From the NCBI GenBank assembly GCA_963934255.1, contig CAWVXU010000029.1, positions 1 through 28,537 of the forward strand: a DNA stretch of 28,537 nucleotides. The letters run 5' to 3'. Under the pieces are notes generated by a model. That model was given only the letters and a program-made list of their open reading frames with translations, had not been told where the DNA came from and searched no databases. The position numbers were made by a program, and so were the translations under genes. Each line of letters opens with the position of its first letter. Positions within the stretch are counted from its first letter, which is position 1. Origin of the DNA: an uncultured Fibrobacterales bacterium (lineage in GTDB: Bacteria; Fibrobacterota; Fibrobacteria; Fibrobacterales; CAWVXU01). Below are positions 1 through 9,138 of this stretch, piece by piece.

Positions 1-812
1 TTGGACTTGGGAGTAATACTGATCTTTTCTGAACTCAGTGTTTGACGAATGGGTTGGAGCTCTTCTTGGAAAAGAATATCAAGTTCATTTGAAGGAGTCA
101 ATTCTTTTGAAAACTTAGCCTTTATGAAAAACAGCAAGGATACAATCCATAAAAAACTGATCATCCCAGTTAAAGTCCAAAAATAATGACGGGTGTTTTT
201 TCCCAGGATAATAGAATTGATTCTCAATCGATAATCTTGGTTTTTTTTTAGAAATTTGGCAGAAAACAGGATTTCAATCTTAGTCGTTTTTTCCAACCAG
301 TTATCAAAATAGATATCCTTTTGGAAAGCTTGTTGTTTGGCATACCATTCGGGCATTTCAAATTGATCGAGTCCAATCGTAATGTCTGATGATTTCAAAT
401 GACGGTGTAATTCTAATAATCGATCTTTGGCTTGAAGCCTTTCTGGAGGTTTTGTGATAATTTGAAAGGTCATACCATTTGGGACCATATCTTCTCCTAA
501 AAAATCAAAATCAATTTTAAGGCTATCGTAAAAAGGAAGATTATAAGTCTCATTCTTTTCTGTATTTTCAAAGGCAATTCCCAAATAAGGAAAGTCAATC
601 GAGTCACCTAATCTAAATTCTAGGAGAAGTCCATCATCACTCAGCTGAGTCTTTTTAAATTCAGAATTACCAGATTCATCAAAATCACCAAAGTAACTTA
701 GGTTAGGCAAAGTCGTCTCACTCAGGATTTGAGTTTGACTTGTAGGGTGGTTCCATAATATCCACAAAAGTGAGGTCGATGCCAGGAACAAAAAGGTGAT
801 TGTTGATTTCAT
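1..812 (-). CDS. Membrane-anchored protein with periplasmic domain, running off the left edge; possible transmembrane sensor/regulator (AraC-type output suspected)
   Basis: Not in the ORF track. Manual translation from ATG at 812 is open to the window edge (270 codons): MKSTITFLFLASTSLLWILW (TM/signal), a soluble domain containing ...IDFPYLGIAF...FEMPEWY..., a second TM (YFWTLTGMISFLWIVSLLFFI), then a cytoplasmic linker. The output domain lies outside the window, so the regulator call is inference. Confidence 0.75.
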   Translation of the reverse strand, partial: MKSTITFLFLASTSLLWILWNHPTSQTQILSETTLPNLSYFGDFDESGNSEFKKTQLSDDGLLLEFRLGDSIDFPYLGIAFENTEKNETYNLPFYDSLKIDFDFLGEDMVPNGMTFQIITKPPERLQAKDRLLELHRHLKSSDITIGLDQFEMPEWYAKQQAFQKDIYFDNWLEKTTKIEILFSAKFLKKNQDYRLRINSIILGKNTRHYFWTLTGMISFLWIVSLLFFIKAKFSKELTPSNELDILFQEELQPIRQTLSSEKISITPKS

Positions 813-844
813 AGTTACCAAATTAACAAAGCTCAGGCTTTTAC

Positions 845-971
845 CTAGCTTTGACTTGATTTTCAAGGCAATTATTCTTGATATTTTGAGTTGACAGTGG
901 AATACTATCAGTATTCAGGCACAACATGTCAAGTTAGAAGCTAGAGATTGGTTTATTTTGTTGAGAACCAA
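845..971. promoter_or_regulatory. Divergent promoter region with nested inverted repeats
   Basis: TTGACA (891-896) / TGTCAA (927-932) enclose GAATACT-atc-AGTATTC (900-916). Also CTAGCTTTGACTTGA (845-859) / TCAAGTTAGAAGCTAG (929-944), CTTGA-ttt-TCAAG (855-867) and TTGGTT (948-953) / AACCAA (966-971). AGGAG RBS precedes the ATG at 986. Confidence 0.45.
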
Positions 972-985
972 CTTAGGAGTATCAT

Positions 986-1795
986 ATGAAAAAATTAAAA
1001 TTGCTGTTATTATCTGGAAGTCTAATTCTCATGAATGCTTGTGGAAATAACACAACGTCCCCTATTGAACCTTCTGGTGAAGCTTCTCATGAAGAGATTT
1101 CGACCGAGTTTGAAGTTTCCTCATCATTTCTCGCTTCATCTTCTTCAAGCCAAATAAGCTTAGTGCAATGGACTGACTCCATAATCACTGATTTTGGCTT
1201 GGCCGATATTGTGGGCAATAGTGATTGGCGAATCTCAACTTGGGGAAATGACAATAGAAGGCATAGCGCGGATAATGTTTGGATTGAGAACGGAGCATTA
1301 AACCTGAAAGTCACCGGTGGCACATCACTTGGAGAGACCACAACCGGTGCTGAGATTGTCAGTCAAAAACAACAATTTCTCTATGGATCTTATCGTATTG
1401 AACTCAAAGCGACAAAAGAGCCTGGAACGGTGACTGGGTTTTTCTATTACCTAGATGACTCCAATGAAATTGATATTGAATTCCTATCCCAAGATCAAAA
1501 TGAAACCTATTTTACAATCCATGAGAATACTGGACCCAACTCTCATAAGCAGATGACTTTGCCTTTTGACCCCACTGAAGGTTTTCATGAATACCGATTT
1601 GATTGGTCGCCAACTCAAGTCATCTTTTATGTTGATGGAACTCTGATGACTACCTTAGACTCCAATGTACCTGACAAAGTAGGGTCTATTTTAATCAATC
1701 ATTGGACGTTGAGTAATGCTGACTGGGGTGGTGGCCCCCCTATTAAGGATGCAATTATTCAGATCAAGAAAATCTCGATGTACTTCAATCTTTAA
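986..1795 (+). CDS. Glycoside hydrolase family 16 lipoprotein (lichenase/laminarinase-like beta-glucanase)
   Basis: Lipobox (LLLLSGSLILMNAC), Ser-rich linker, catalytic EIDIE motif, FLYGSY, GTVTGFFYY, FHEYRFDW and FYVDG motifs, AGGAG RBS. Confidence 0.92.
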   Translation: MKKLKLLLLSGSLILMNACGNNTTSPIEPSGEASHEEISTEFEVSSSFLASSSSSQISLVQWTDSIITDFGLADIVGNSDWRISTWGNDNRRHSADNVWIENGALNLKVTGGTSLGETTTGAEIVSQKQQFLYGSYRIELKATKEPGTVTGFFYYLDDSNEIDIEFLSQDQNETYFTIHENTGPNSHKQMTLPFDPTEGFHEYRFDWSPTQVIFYVDGTLMTTLDSNVPDKVGSILINHWTLSNADWGGGPPIKDAIIQIKKISMYFNL

Positions 1796-3819
1796 AAATT
1801 AAACTGAACACCTATAAGAGTCCGAAAACGGTCTTCATTTGCTTCAGGGTGTAGCTTTTCATCGTCAGAAATCATATTAATCATTTCAATCCACAAGTTA
1901 AGTCTGTTCTTCAATAAGCTTTGAGACACTTTTAAATGAATTTGGTGACGAGCAGGGATAGTAGTTTGGTAAAAATTCAAGTGATAAGAGGATTTCCAGG
2001 AATAAATAGGTATCAAACTCAAGCCGGTATCAAACTGAATATGAAGGTATTGATATAACTGCCATTGAGGAAAAGTCATGTACATCTGACTCCACAACGT
2101 CCCCCATGACTTTTCATATTGGACTTGGCTTAATGATTGAACTTTATGCGCAGGCTTCCATGCGAGTTTTATAGCTTCTTGAAAACTAGATAGCTCAGGT
2201 GATTGGTTTTGGTTTTTAATTTGATTATTTTCACTTTTAAACCCATCAAGACCATTAAAGTATTTATGCGTAAAACTCAGGTAGTTCTGGTATATAAATG
2301 TGTTTGGGGTTCTATTGGGATTTCTATCTGAGATTGAGTCTTGGCTTGAGAAATTAAACCTGTTTTCTAACTCGATCTCTAGCCAATTTGCCTCATAGTC
2401 ACTTAAATAGTTATCCTGACCACTGAGCCTTTGGGCGGAAGTAAGTGGATTGAGGCTATTGGTGTAATTATGTGATATCGAACCTTGGAGCTCCCATTTG
2501 TTCGAATAACTCGCGTAGGATAAAGTTGTAGCATAGCTCATTATTGTTTTGGGATGTTGTGTAAATAAAGAATCTTCTTGATACCGACCCAAATCCCCAC
2601 CAATGAGTTGATCTCCGCTTAGAGAAAAACCTGATATGGTTTGAGTTTTATATCCACTTTCAAAAAAAACCAAGTTCAATCGCGGAAGGACGCTATCTTT
2701 AGACGTATTGAGGTCTTTCTTTTTAGCAATGTTGACATCGTAATAATGCAGCCCGCCTAAGGAAATGCTGATGTTAGGAATTTGTATATCATGAATACCT
2801 ATTCTTGAAGTTGACTGCCATTCTGAACCCTGAGCTAATTCCAGACCAAAACTTCTGAACTGGTTTTGTTGAAAAGGTTTTGGATTTATTTCAGGGGAAA
2901 TGTCTAATTCTGCGTCTAGTTCTGACTCTATTTCTGAATTCAAGTTTTTGTTTTCATCAAAATATTGATACTCACCTAGAATCAACTGATTTTCATAATA
3001 GAACTTTTTATAATGACCTTGACTATATAGCTGACTAACTTGAAATGGGATTTCTAAACTAGACTCATCCCACTTTGTATATGCTGTATCTACTCTATAC
3101 CAAAGAAAACCCTTTTTGAAATGAGTTCTGTGGGCATATTCAGCAATTCCTGAGTATTGTTTCTGAGATTCAAAACTCAAATCTACATACATCATTGATG
3201 ATGTAGGTAGGTTCTCACCAAACCAAGCATGCGCGTTCTCTGGACTATCTAATGTTTTTTTGTGATCGACTCGATTGTGGCCTAAGCGGATAAATTTCTC
3301 TGAGGAACTTTGGCTAGACATATGATCAACTTGCTCAAATCCCAGGTCAATTTTAGTTTGAAGGTCCCCGAATGATTTCCATCTAAATGATTGAGTTCCG
3401 TGTAATAATATGCTCGGAGTCCTGTTTGCACCGGGTTGTGATTTTCTTAATTCTTGGTATAATGGGTCTCCAACTTCATTACCTATACTAATGGCGTTCG
3501 AGCTGTTCCATGGAGTCATAGAGAGAGCTGGTGTCTGTCTTCCTAAAAGCAAGGAGCCGATTGAATCACCAGAGAGAAAACTATTCATTTTATTAAAAGG
3601 ACTCAAGCCTCTACGCCAAAATGCCTTTTGAGTATTTTGTCTTGCATAGACAGGTTCCCCTCCAATAATTGCGCGAGTAATTAGGTCTTCTCCATAATTT
3701 TGAACGATGGTAGAAGTTGAATGAGAGTCAAGTCCACTTAGTGAATCTATTTCATTTGACCAAATATGAGTTGTCATTATTAAAAAGCATAAAAAAACTG
3801 ACATAAAGCGGCTTACCAT
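1792..3819 (-). CDS. Hypothetical exported protein, probable outer-membrane beta-barrel
   Basis: 675 aa with an N-terminal signal peptide, aromatic-rich amphipathic segments and C-terminal RTLIGVQFNF (terminal-Phe beta-signal). Overlaps the upstream gene; the start could be the downstream Met (MSVFL). Confidence 0.6.
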   Translation of the reverse strand: MVSRFMSVFLCFLIMTTHIWSNEIDSLSGLDSHSTSTIVQNYGEDLITRAIIGGEPVYARQNTQKAFWRRGLSPFNKMNSFLSGDSIGSLLLGRQTPALSMTPWNSSNAISIGNEVGDPLYQELRKSQPGANRTPSILLHGTQSFRWKSFGDLQTKIDLGFEQVDHMSSQSSSEKFIRLGHNRVDHKKTLDSPENAHAWFGENLPTSSMMYVDLSFESQKQYSGIAEYAHRTHFKKGFLWYRVDTAYTKWDESSLEIPFQVSQLYSQGHYKKFYYENQLILGEYQYFDENKNLNSEIESELDAELDISPEINPKPFQQNQFRSFGLELAQGSEWQSTSRIGIHDIQIPNISISLGGLHYYDVNIAKKKDLNTSKDSVLPRLNLVFFESGYKTQTISGFSLSGDQLIGGDLGRYQEDSLFTQHPKTIMSYATTLSYASYSNKWELQGSISHNYTNSLNPLTSAQRLSGQDNYLSDYEANWLEIELENRFNFSSQDSISDRNPNRTPNTFIYQNYLSFTHKYFNGLDGFKSENNQIKNQNQSPELSSFQEAIKLAWKPAHKVQSLSQVQYEKSWGTLWSQMYMTFPQWQLYQYLHIQFDTGLSLIPIYSWKSSYHLNFYQTTIPARHQIHLKVSQSLLKNRLNLWIEMINMISDDEKLHPEANEDRFRTLIGVQFNF
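2903..2938. repeat. Degenerate in-frame 12-bp tandem repeat x3
   Basis: TCTAATTCTGCG TCTAGTTCTGAC TCTATTTCTGAA, encoding SEIE-SELD-AELD on the minus strand. Confidence 0.5.
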
Positions 3820-4424
3820 AATAGATAACTCCCTTGAATCTCAATTCCAATAAATTGTGACCATGCAGGCTTTGTCCATACTGACCAATGAGTAATGCCT
3901 GCACCCAAACTCACATCCGAAACTTTATATCGCATACTCGAGTATCTCAGATAATGACCAAAATCAGACTCATTGTCTTCTAGTAACATTGGACGATCCA
4001 AGGTTGACCGAGCTCGAATAAAATGCATGCCAAGACCAGCCCCCCAACGACCATAAAACACATAAGAATATCCAGCCTCTACTAAAACGAGATGAAGAGG
4101 GACTACTTCAGTTTCTGAATTAATCGCATCAAGGCGAGCATATTGTAGTTTCAGATCCATCTCAATCTGATTGAAATAATTTAATTCAAGACCCATTCCA
4201 AAAATAGCTGCCGGTTGTATGTGATCAGATAATGGCTTGGCATTTTTAATTTCAGATGTAGAATTGACAAGTTTTGAGCTAAAAGAAAACGGGGTAATAA
4301 CTCCAAGACTAGTGAGCAACCCCCCTTTGCATTCCCATGGCTGACAATCATCTATTAAGTTTGCACCAAAAAGTGTCGCACTCGCTATCAGACAGATAAA
4401 AATAAAACTCAAACCTGAATTCAT
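3813..4424 (-). CDS. Hypothetical exported protein, probable small outer-membrane beta-barrel
   Basis: 203 aa with a signal peptide, alternating strands (FGMGLELNY, VEAGYSY, WGAGLGMHF, IGIEIQGSYLLW) and a terminal aromatic residue. ATGA overlap with rsmB. Confidence 0.6.
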   Translation of the reverse strand: MNSGLSFIFICLIASATLFGANLIDDCQPWECKGGLLTSLGVITPFSFSSKLVNSTSEIKNAKPLSDHIQPAAIFGMGLELNYFNQIEMDLKLQYARLDAINSETEVVPLHLVLVEAGYSYVFYGRWGAGLGMHFIRARSTLDRPMLLEDNESDFGHYLRYSSMRYKVSDVSLGAGITHWSVWTKPAWSQFIGIEIQGSYLLW

Positions 4425-5761
4425 TTTTGTCTTACCAAACGAGCCCCAAAGAAACCATCTAAAGAACCTGGTGCAGGGAAAATCCTCATATATGAACCTT
4501 GTACATATCGACGGCCCACAATAGACCTAACTGGCTCAAGTTCAAAGTCTTGATTATTATTCAAAAATTCTTCAACTACGAGAATTGTTTCTTCAGGCTC
4601 TGGACTGCAAGTTGAATAAACAAGTACACCACCTGGTGCCACTAAAGTTGCCGCACTTTCTAATAATCTATTTTGAAGCTCGGCTGTGGCTCGTATATCT
4701 TTCATTTCAATATTCCATCTCGCCTCAGGTCTTCTATGAAGAACTCCAAGGTTAGAACATGGTGCATCTAGTAAAACATGACTATAGCTTTTCTCTTCAA
4801 TCGTTGGATTAAGTAAATCCATCGTTTGTGTTTGGATATTGAGTCCGAGTCTATCTTTGACATCTTGCAATTGTTCTAAGCGGTGAGACTTTAAATCGCA
4901 TGATAAAACTTCAACACCTCGTTCTAATAACCATGCAGTCTTACCACCTGGTGCAGCACACAAGTCTATTACTTTGTCACCAGGTAAGGCCTTAAGCATC
5001 AAACACACCAAGTGAGAGCTTGGATCTTGAAAGCTAATCAAGCCATTTTTAAATAAATCTGATTTCAAAACTTCACCAATTTTGAATACTTGAAGATAAG
5101 TTTCAAAACGAGTTTCAACTTCTTCTATCAACAATTGAGAGGCCACATCTTTAATTGAAATCTTATCAGTGCGGACTCGAACCCATTGAGTTGGATTCAT
5201 GTTGTTAGCCTTCATCCGAAGACAGGCTTTTTGCAAACCGACTTCATCCACCCATTTGTGGGCTAGCCAACTCGGATGAGAATATCTTAGCGCCGCTGTT
5301 TTAGAGGAAGTTGTTTTGGGAGTTGGGAGCTTTTCGCTCGTGCATTTACGTAGGATAGCATTGACAAAACCTGATTTGCGTATACCGCCTTTGAGCTCAT
5401 TATTAGCTAATTGAACCGCTGTATCTACAATAGAATATACAGGAATTTGATTCAAAAAATGATGCTGGTAGATAGCCACCAATAAAAGGTAACGTAAGTC
5501 TTTGTCGGTCTTAGACCAATTGAGATGTTTCTTGAGATGATGCTCAAGTAATGATTGTTGACGACAAACACCCAATGCAATTTCTAGTGCGAGGTTACGA
5601 TCTTGAGGGCTGATCTTCATAGTCAAGGCGATTTGACCTAGCATCTCTCCGATAAAACCTTCGCCTTGTTTCCATGCCATCAATGCTTTCCATGCTAAAA
5701 GACGAGACTCTAGACCATGTTCTGAAACTGACTTGATTTCTATTTCATTTATTGCATTCAT
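4421..5761 (-). CDS. rsmB: 16S rRNA m5C967 methyltransferase RsmB (Sun/Fmu)
   Basis: NusB-like N-terminus (GFVNAILR, YSHPSW), QD-SS, DLCAAPGGKT, LLDAPCS and YSTCS motifs, DGFF; lies directly after fmt. Confidence 0.95.
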   Translation of the reverse strand: MNAINEIEIKSVSEHGLESRLLAWKALMAWKQGEGFIGEMLGQIALTMKISPQDRNLALEIALGVCRQQSLLEHHLKKHLNWSKTDKDLRYLLLVAIYQHHFLNQIPVYSIVDTAVQLANNELKGGIRKSGFVNAILRKCTSEKLPTPKTTSSKTAALRYSHPSWLAHKWVDEVGLQKACLRMKANNMNPTQWVRVRTDKISIKDVASQLLIEEVETRFETYLQVFKIGEVLKSDLFKNGLISFQDPSSHLVCLMLKALPGDKVIDLCAAPGGKTAWLLERGVEVLSCDLKSHRLEQLQDVKDRLGLNIQTQTMDLLNPTIEEKSYSHVLLDAPCSNLGVLHRRPEARWNIEMKDIRATAELQNRLLESAATLVAPGGVLVYSTCSPEPEETILVVEEFLNNNQDFELEPVRSIVGRRYVQGSYMRIFPAPGSLDGFFGARLVRQK

Positions 5762-5776
5762 AACATTTGTTCAATT

Positions 5777-6793
5777 CTAAACTTGAGTACTAGCCTGAAG
5801 TTTTTTGATTTTAACGAGTGTCTCTTCATCGATTTGACATTCAAACTTTTGACCAAATTTTTCATTCAAACCATTAAATAAATCAGCACCTGTCTGAGCC
5901 TTTTTACCTTGAGGTTGTATGCCGTGAATTTCGATCCAACCATCTAATGTTCGAATTAATAATTCTTTACTCGGCCCCCATGCTAATGTCCCTGGATCCT
6001 GACTTGGATTTGGGTCCTTCACATTAAACTCTTCACCATGCCAAGGGAGTGCTTGATTTAAACGGTGTACTTTTGAATGAAGAGAAGTATATGCCATCGG
6101 CCATGGGTTGAGCCCATTAATCCAAGCGACTAATTGGTCAGTATTTTGATGCCAATTAATATCGCCCATTTCTTTAAATAATTTGGGGGCTTTGGTTGCA
6201 CTAGAATGATCTTGTTCTTGAAAATTCGGTTGAGGCTTTGAAAGTTCGCTTAAGGCGTCAGCAATTGCGAGCTGGCCGGCCGGAATCATTTTTTCAAATA
6301 ATTGACCCGAAGATTCACCGGGTTCGATTGGAACCTGCCTACGAACAAGTACAGGCCCATGATCCATCTTAAAGTCTAATTGAAAAACAGTTAATCCAGT
6401 AAAGTCATCACCATTGAGAACTGACCACTGTATAGGAGCTGCGCCTCGGTACTTCGGTAGAAGCGAAGTGTGAAGATTAACAGAGCCTTTAGGGGGAATT
6501 GCTAGTACTTCGAGTGGGAGAATAGAATAAGCAACAACTACAAATAAGTCAGATTCAAAAGCACTCAATGAATCTAGAAAATCCGGGGCTTTGAGGTCTT
6601 CAGGTTGTAGACAAGGTAGGCCTAATTCATCAGCCATAATCTTTACGGCTGGAGGTGTCAATTTACGTCCTCGACCTGCAGGTCGGTCCGGCTGGCTCAC
6701 CACGCCAACCACATCATAATCGTGGTCAACAAGCCATTTCAATTGGGCTGCTGAATATTCAGGAGTTCCCATAAAAACAATTTTTAATTTCAT
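5777..6793 (-). CDS. fmt: Methionyl-tRNA formyltransferase
   Basis: IVFMGTPE, QPDRPAGRG, VVAY, NLHTSLLPKYRGAAPIQ, MDHG, GLNPWP and QPQGKK motifs. Confidence 0.97.
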   Translation of the reverse strand: MKLKIVFMGTPEYSAAQLKWLVDHDYDVVGVVSQPDRPAGRGRKLTPPAVKIMADELGLPCLQPEDLKAPDFLDSLSAFESDLFVVVAYSILPLEVLAIPPKGSVNLHTSLLPKYRGAAPIQWSVLNGDDFTGLTVFQLDFKMDHGPVLVRRQVPIEPGESSGQLFEKMIPAGQLAIADALSELSKPQPNFQEQDHSSATKAPKLFKEMGDINWHQNTDQLVAWINGLNPWPMAYTSLHSKVHRLNQALPWHGEEFNVKDPNPSQDPGTLAWGPSKELLIRTLDGWIEIHGIQPQGKKAQTGADLFNGLNEKFGQKFECQIDEETLVKIKKLQASTQV

Positions 6794-6816
6794 GCTCTAA
6801 ATATAGAAAGAAAGGT

Positions 6817-7851
6817 CTATGCTCTTACACCTTGTACGATCATTTGTAGATCTCGATGGATAACTAAAAATGCATCTACAATATCGGGATCAAATTGCAG
6901 CCCTCGCTCAGCTAAAATAGCTTGATAAGCCTCTTCATGAGTTTTAGGCTCTTTGTATGTGCGATCAGATACCATTGAGTCATATGTATCAGCCACAGCT
7001 ACAATTCTAGCGCTGAGTGGGATTTTATTTCCTTCAAGAGGTGAGCCAACCCCTGCTTGGATAAAATAACTCTCGCCTTTGTCACTCTGAAGGACATTGG
7101 GGTAACCTTTGCCATCAAATCGTTGGTGATGATGATAAGCGATGTCTTTGGCTAAAGTATAATAAGTTCGATAAGGTAGGCTTTTTTGAAGTTCTGAAAT
7201 GAAATCTCCACCAATAATTACATGCATTTTCATGAGTTCAAATTCATCTCCCGACAAATCTGTCTCTTTATGGAGAACTTTATCAGATAGGCCTACTTTA
7301 CCAATGTCATGCAAGGGAGCAGCCACTTTTAAATCTTGACTGTATTCTTCGCTAATATATTTTTTGTAATCGCCATGATTGATAAGTTGTTTGGCAATTA
7401 TATATGAAAGCTCACCCATTCTTTTGTTGTGATTAGCAATACTACTATCACGAGCTTCGGTGATTTTTACAAGTCCGAGTATAGATACTTCATTGAATTT
7501 CTGAGTCATTAAAGCGCCACGTGTAAACTCACTTTGAACTTGAGTCAAATATTCATCGAGAGCATTAGCTAAAATCCTCATTAAAATAGAGGTGATAACA
7601 AATGAAAAGGCGAAAGTAAATAAATCAATTGATCCAAGCAGAGGCTCAGCTTCCGAGTATAGAATCCCACGAAGAACTCTTAAACACACCATTAAAATGG
7701 CTGAAAAGCCAAACGCTACTAAAATGGATTGAGTATGAATAGCTTTAAGTACAGGCAATAGCCTACCACCCTCAAATTCAGGGTGAGTGTAACTCATTGC
7801 TTTCCAATCTATTGCTGTCACAAAAATTCTTTCCGATAGAGTTATCATCAC
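6817..7851 (-). CDS. Membrane-anchored HD-GYP domain protein (c-di-GMP phosphodiesterase family)
   Basis: Two N-terminal TM segments; EARD...H, PLHDIGK, HHHQRFDGKGYP, IPLSARIVAVADTYD and QFDP motifs. Start is GTG 7851 or ATG 7848. Confidence 0.9.
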   Translation of the reverse strand: MMITLSERIFVTAIDWKAMSYTHPEFEGGRLLPVLKAIHTQSILVAFGFSAILMVCLRVLRGILYSEAEPLLGSIDLFTFAFSFVITSILMRILANALDEYLTQVQSEFTRGALMTQKFNEVSILGLVKITEARDSSIANHNKRMGELSYIIAKQLINHGDYKKYISEEYSQDLKVAAPLHDIGKVGLSDKVLHKETDLSGDEFELMKMHVIIGGDFISELQKSLPYRTYYTLAKDIAYHHHQRFDGKGYPNVLQSDKGESYFIQAGVGSPLEGNKIPLSARIVAVADTYDSMVSDRTYKEPKTHEEAYQAILAERGLQFDPDIVDAFLVIHRDLQMIVQGVRA

Positions 7852-7965
7852 ATGTCTGCCAAAAGTATCTAAGTCCTTGCCGTTGATAAGTACTTAATTG
7901 CAGTCTACTATCCCAAAACCTATGTTTTTTGTTTAAATTCTCAAAAAACTTTATTTTTTAAATCA

Positions 7966-9138
7966 ATGAACCGATATAAAAACATGGTACAAAACAATAT
8001 TCAAATAATTTTTGGGCTTATTTTAGGCTTTTTTGGCTTGAACTGGGCTGAAACACCCTTTTGTGGAGTGATTGACAGACCGCTCAACTTCATGCGGTCT
8101 GCCTCACCTTATGTTATTACTGGTGATGTAGTTATTTTACCAACAGGACGACTCACAATTGAGTCCGGTGTCGAAATCATTATAGAGCCCAAGGACATCT
8201 GTTCAGACAAAGAGCAACAAAATGAGAATGTTGACTATTTCATTAATCAGCATGATTATAACGATAGTCTTTTCATATCATTTAAAGTTGACGGCCCCTT
8301 TTATATAAATGGATCGCCTCAAAATCCGGTGATTATTCGACCAAGAGATACAACTCAACATCGCGTTTCTTGGGATGGAATCAGGATTAATACCGCAGAA
8401 GTCCTGACAGCTCAAATTCAGTACCTTCAAATCTCCGGAGCCAATAGGGCCTTCCAAGTGAAAAGGTCTAAATTTAATATTTCAAACTCTATTTTTAAAA
8501 GAAATAACGTCGGGGTTTATCTTTCTATCAATGGAAATGTTGATTTGTATAATAATATTTATACCGAAAATTTCAGCTCCGGAATAGTCATTGATAACGC
8601 GGCCCCAAATGTTTTTTCAAGTATTTTTTATAAAAATTATAGTTACGGAATTTGGTCTGATAAAAAAGCGGCCGCAAGAATTCAGTTCAATAATTTTTGG
8701 GAAAATGGAGAATATGATTGTTACCGCTGCCCTTGGCAAATTAAAAAAATCACAAAGACAAACCATCTAGGTGATTCAGTCGATATAGAAAACAACCTAT
8801 TTATAGACCCTTACTTTGTTGGTACAGAAAGCTCCAAGCTTCTCCAGTTTAAAGATCTCGAACTCAAAACTCCTGCATCTAAAGTACTTGATGCACACAT
8901 TATGGACTTAGAATCAACAGCTAGATCTAAAAGTCAAAATTTAGGTATTGCTACGGTAGACAAATTCATTCCTCGAGGACCTAGTTTAAAGTCGCCATAC
9001 CTACTAAGTAAATATTCCCCATTGACTCATGCTGGACCGGAAGGATTCTACTTTTTCAATGACGACGGAACTCGAAGCGACATAGGTATCTATGGTGGTA
9101 ACCGTGATCAAGTGCAAAAAGCATTCCCATTTCAATAA
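7966..9138 (+). CDS. Exported right-handed parallel beta-helix repeat protein
   Basis: Signal peptide, SPYVITGDVVI...LTIESGV, WDGI, Asn-ladder repeats (NSIFKRNNVGV, NNIYTEN, NNFWEN), DP-F and C-terminal RSDIGIYGG. The start could be ATG 7984. Confidence 0.8.
   Translation: MNRYKNMVQNNIQIIFGLILGFFGLNWAETPFCGVIDRPLNFMRSASPYVITGDVVILPTGRLTIESGVEIIIEPKDICSDKEQQNENVDYFINQHDYNDSLFISFKVDGPFYINGSPQNPVIIRPRDTTQHRVSWDGIRINTAEVLTAQIQYLQISGANRAFQVKRSKFNISNSIFKRNNVGVYLSINGNVDLYNNIYTENFSSGIVIDNAAPNVFSSIFYKNYSYGIWSDKKAAARIQFNNFWENGEYDCYRCPWQIKKITKTNHLGDSVDIENNLFIDPYFVGTESSKLLQFKDLELKTPASKVLDAHIMDLESTARSKSQNLGIATVDKFIPRGPSLKSPYLLSKYSPLTHAGPEGFYFFNDDGTRSDIGIYGGNRDQVQKAFPFQ

Noticed and set aside
241..249. 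T9 homopolymer (A9 on the coding strand) as a phase-variation tract
   Set aside because: The frame is intact (CTA AAA AAA AAC) and such runs are common in AT-rich DNA; there is no evidence of slippage.
1087..3631. Track ORFs 1087-1341 (-) and 3410-3631 (+)
   Set aside because: Antisense shadows inside longer, better-supported genes, with no motifs.
7946..7953. TAAAGTTT on the minus strand upstream of the HD-GYP gene as a sigma28 -35
   Set aside because: No CCGA-type -10 at the 11-nt spacing.
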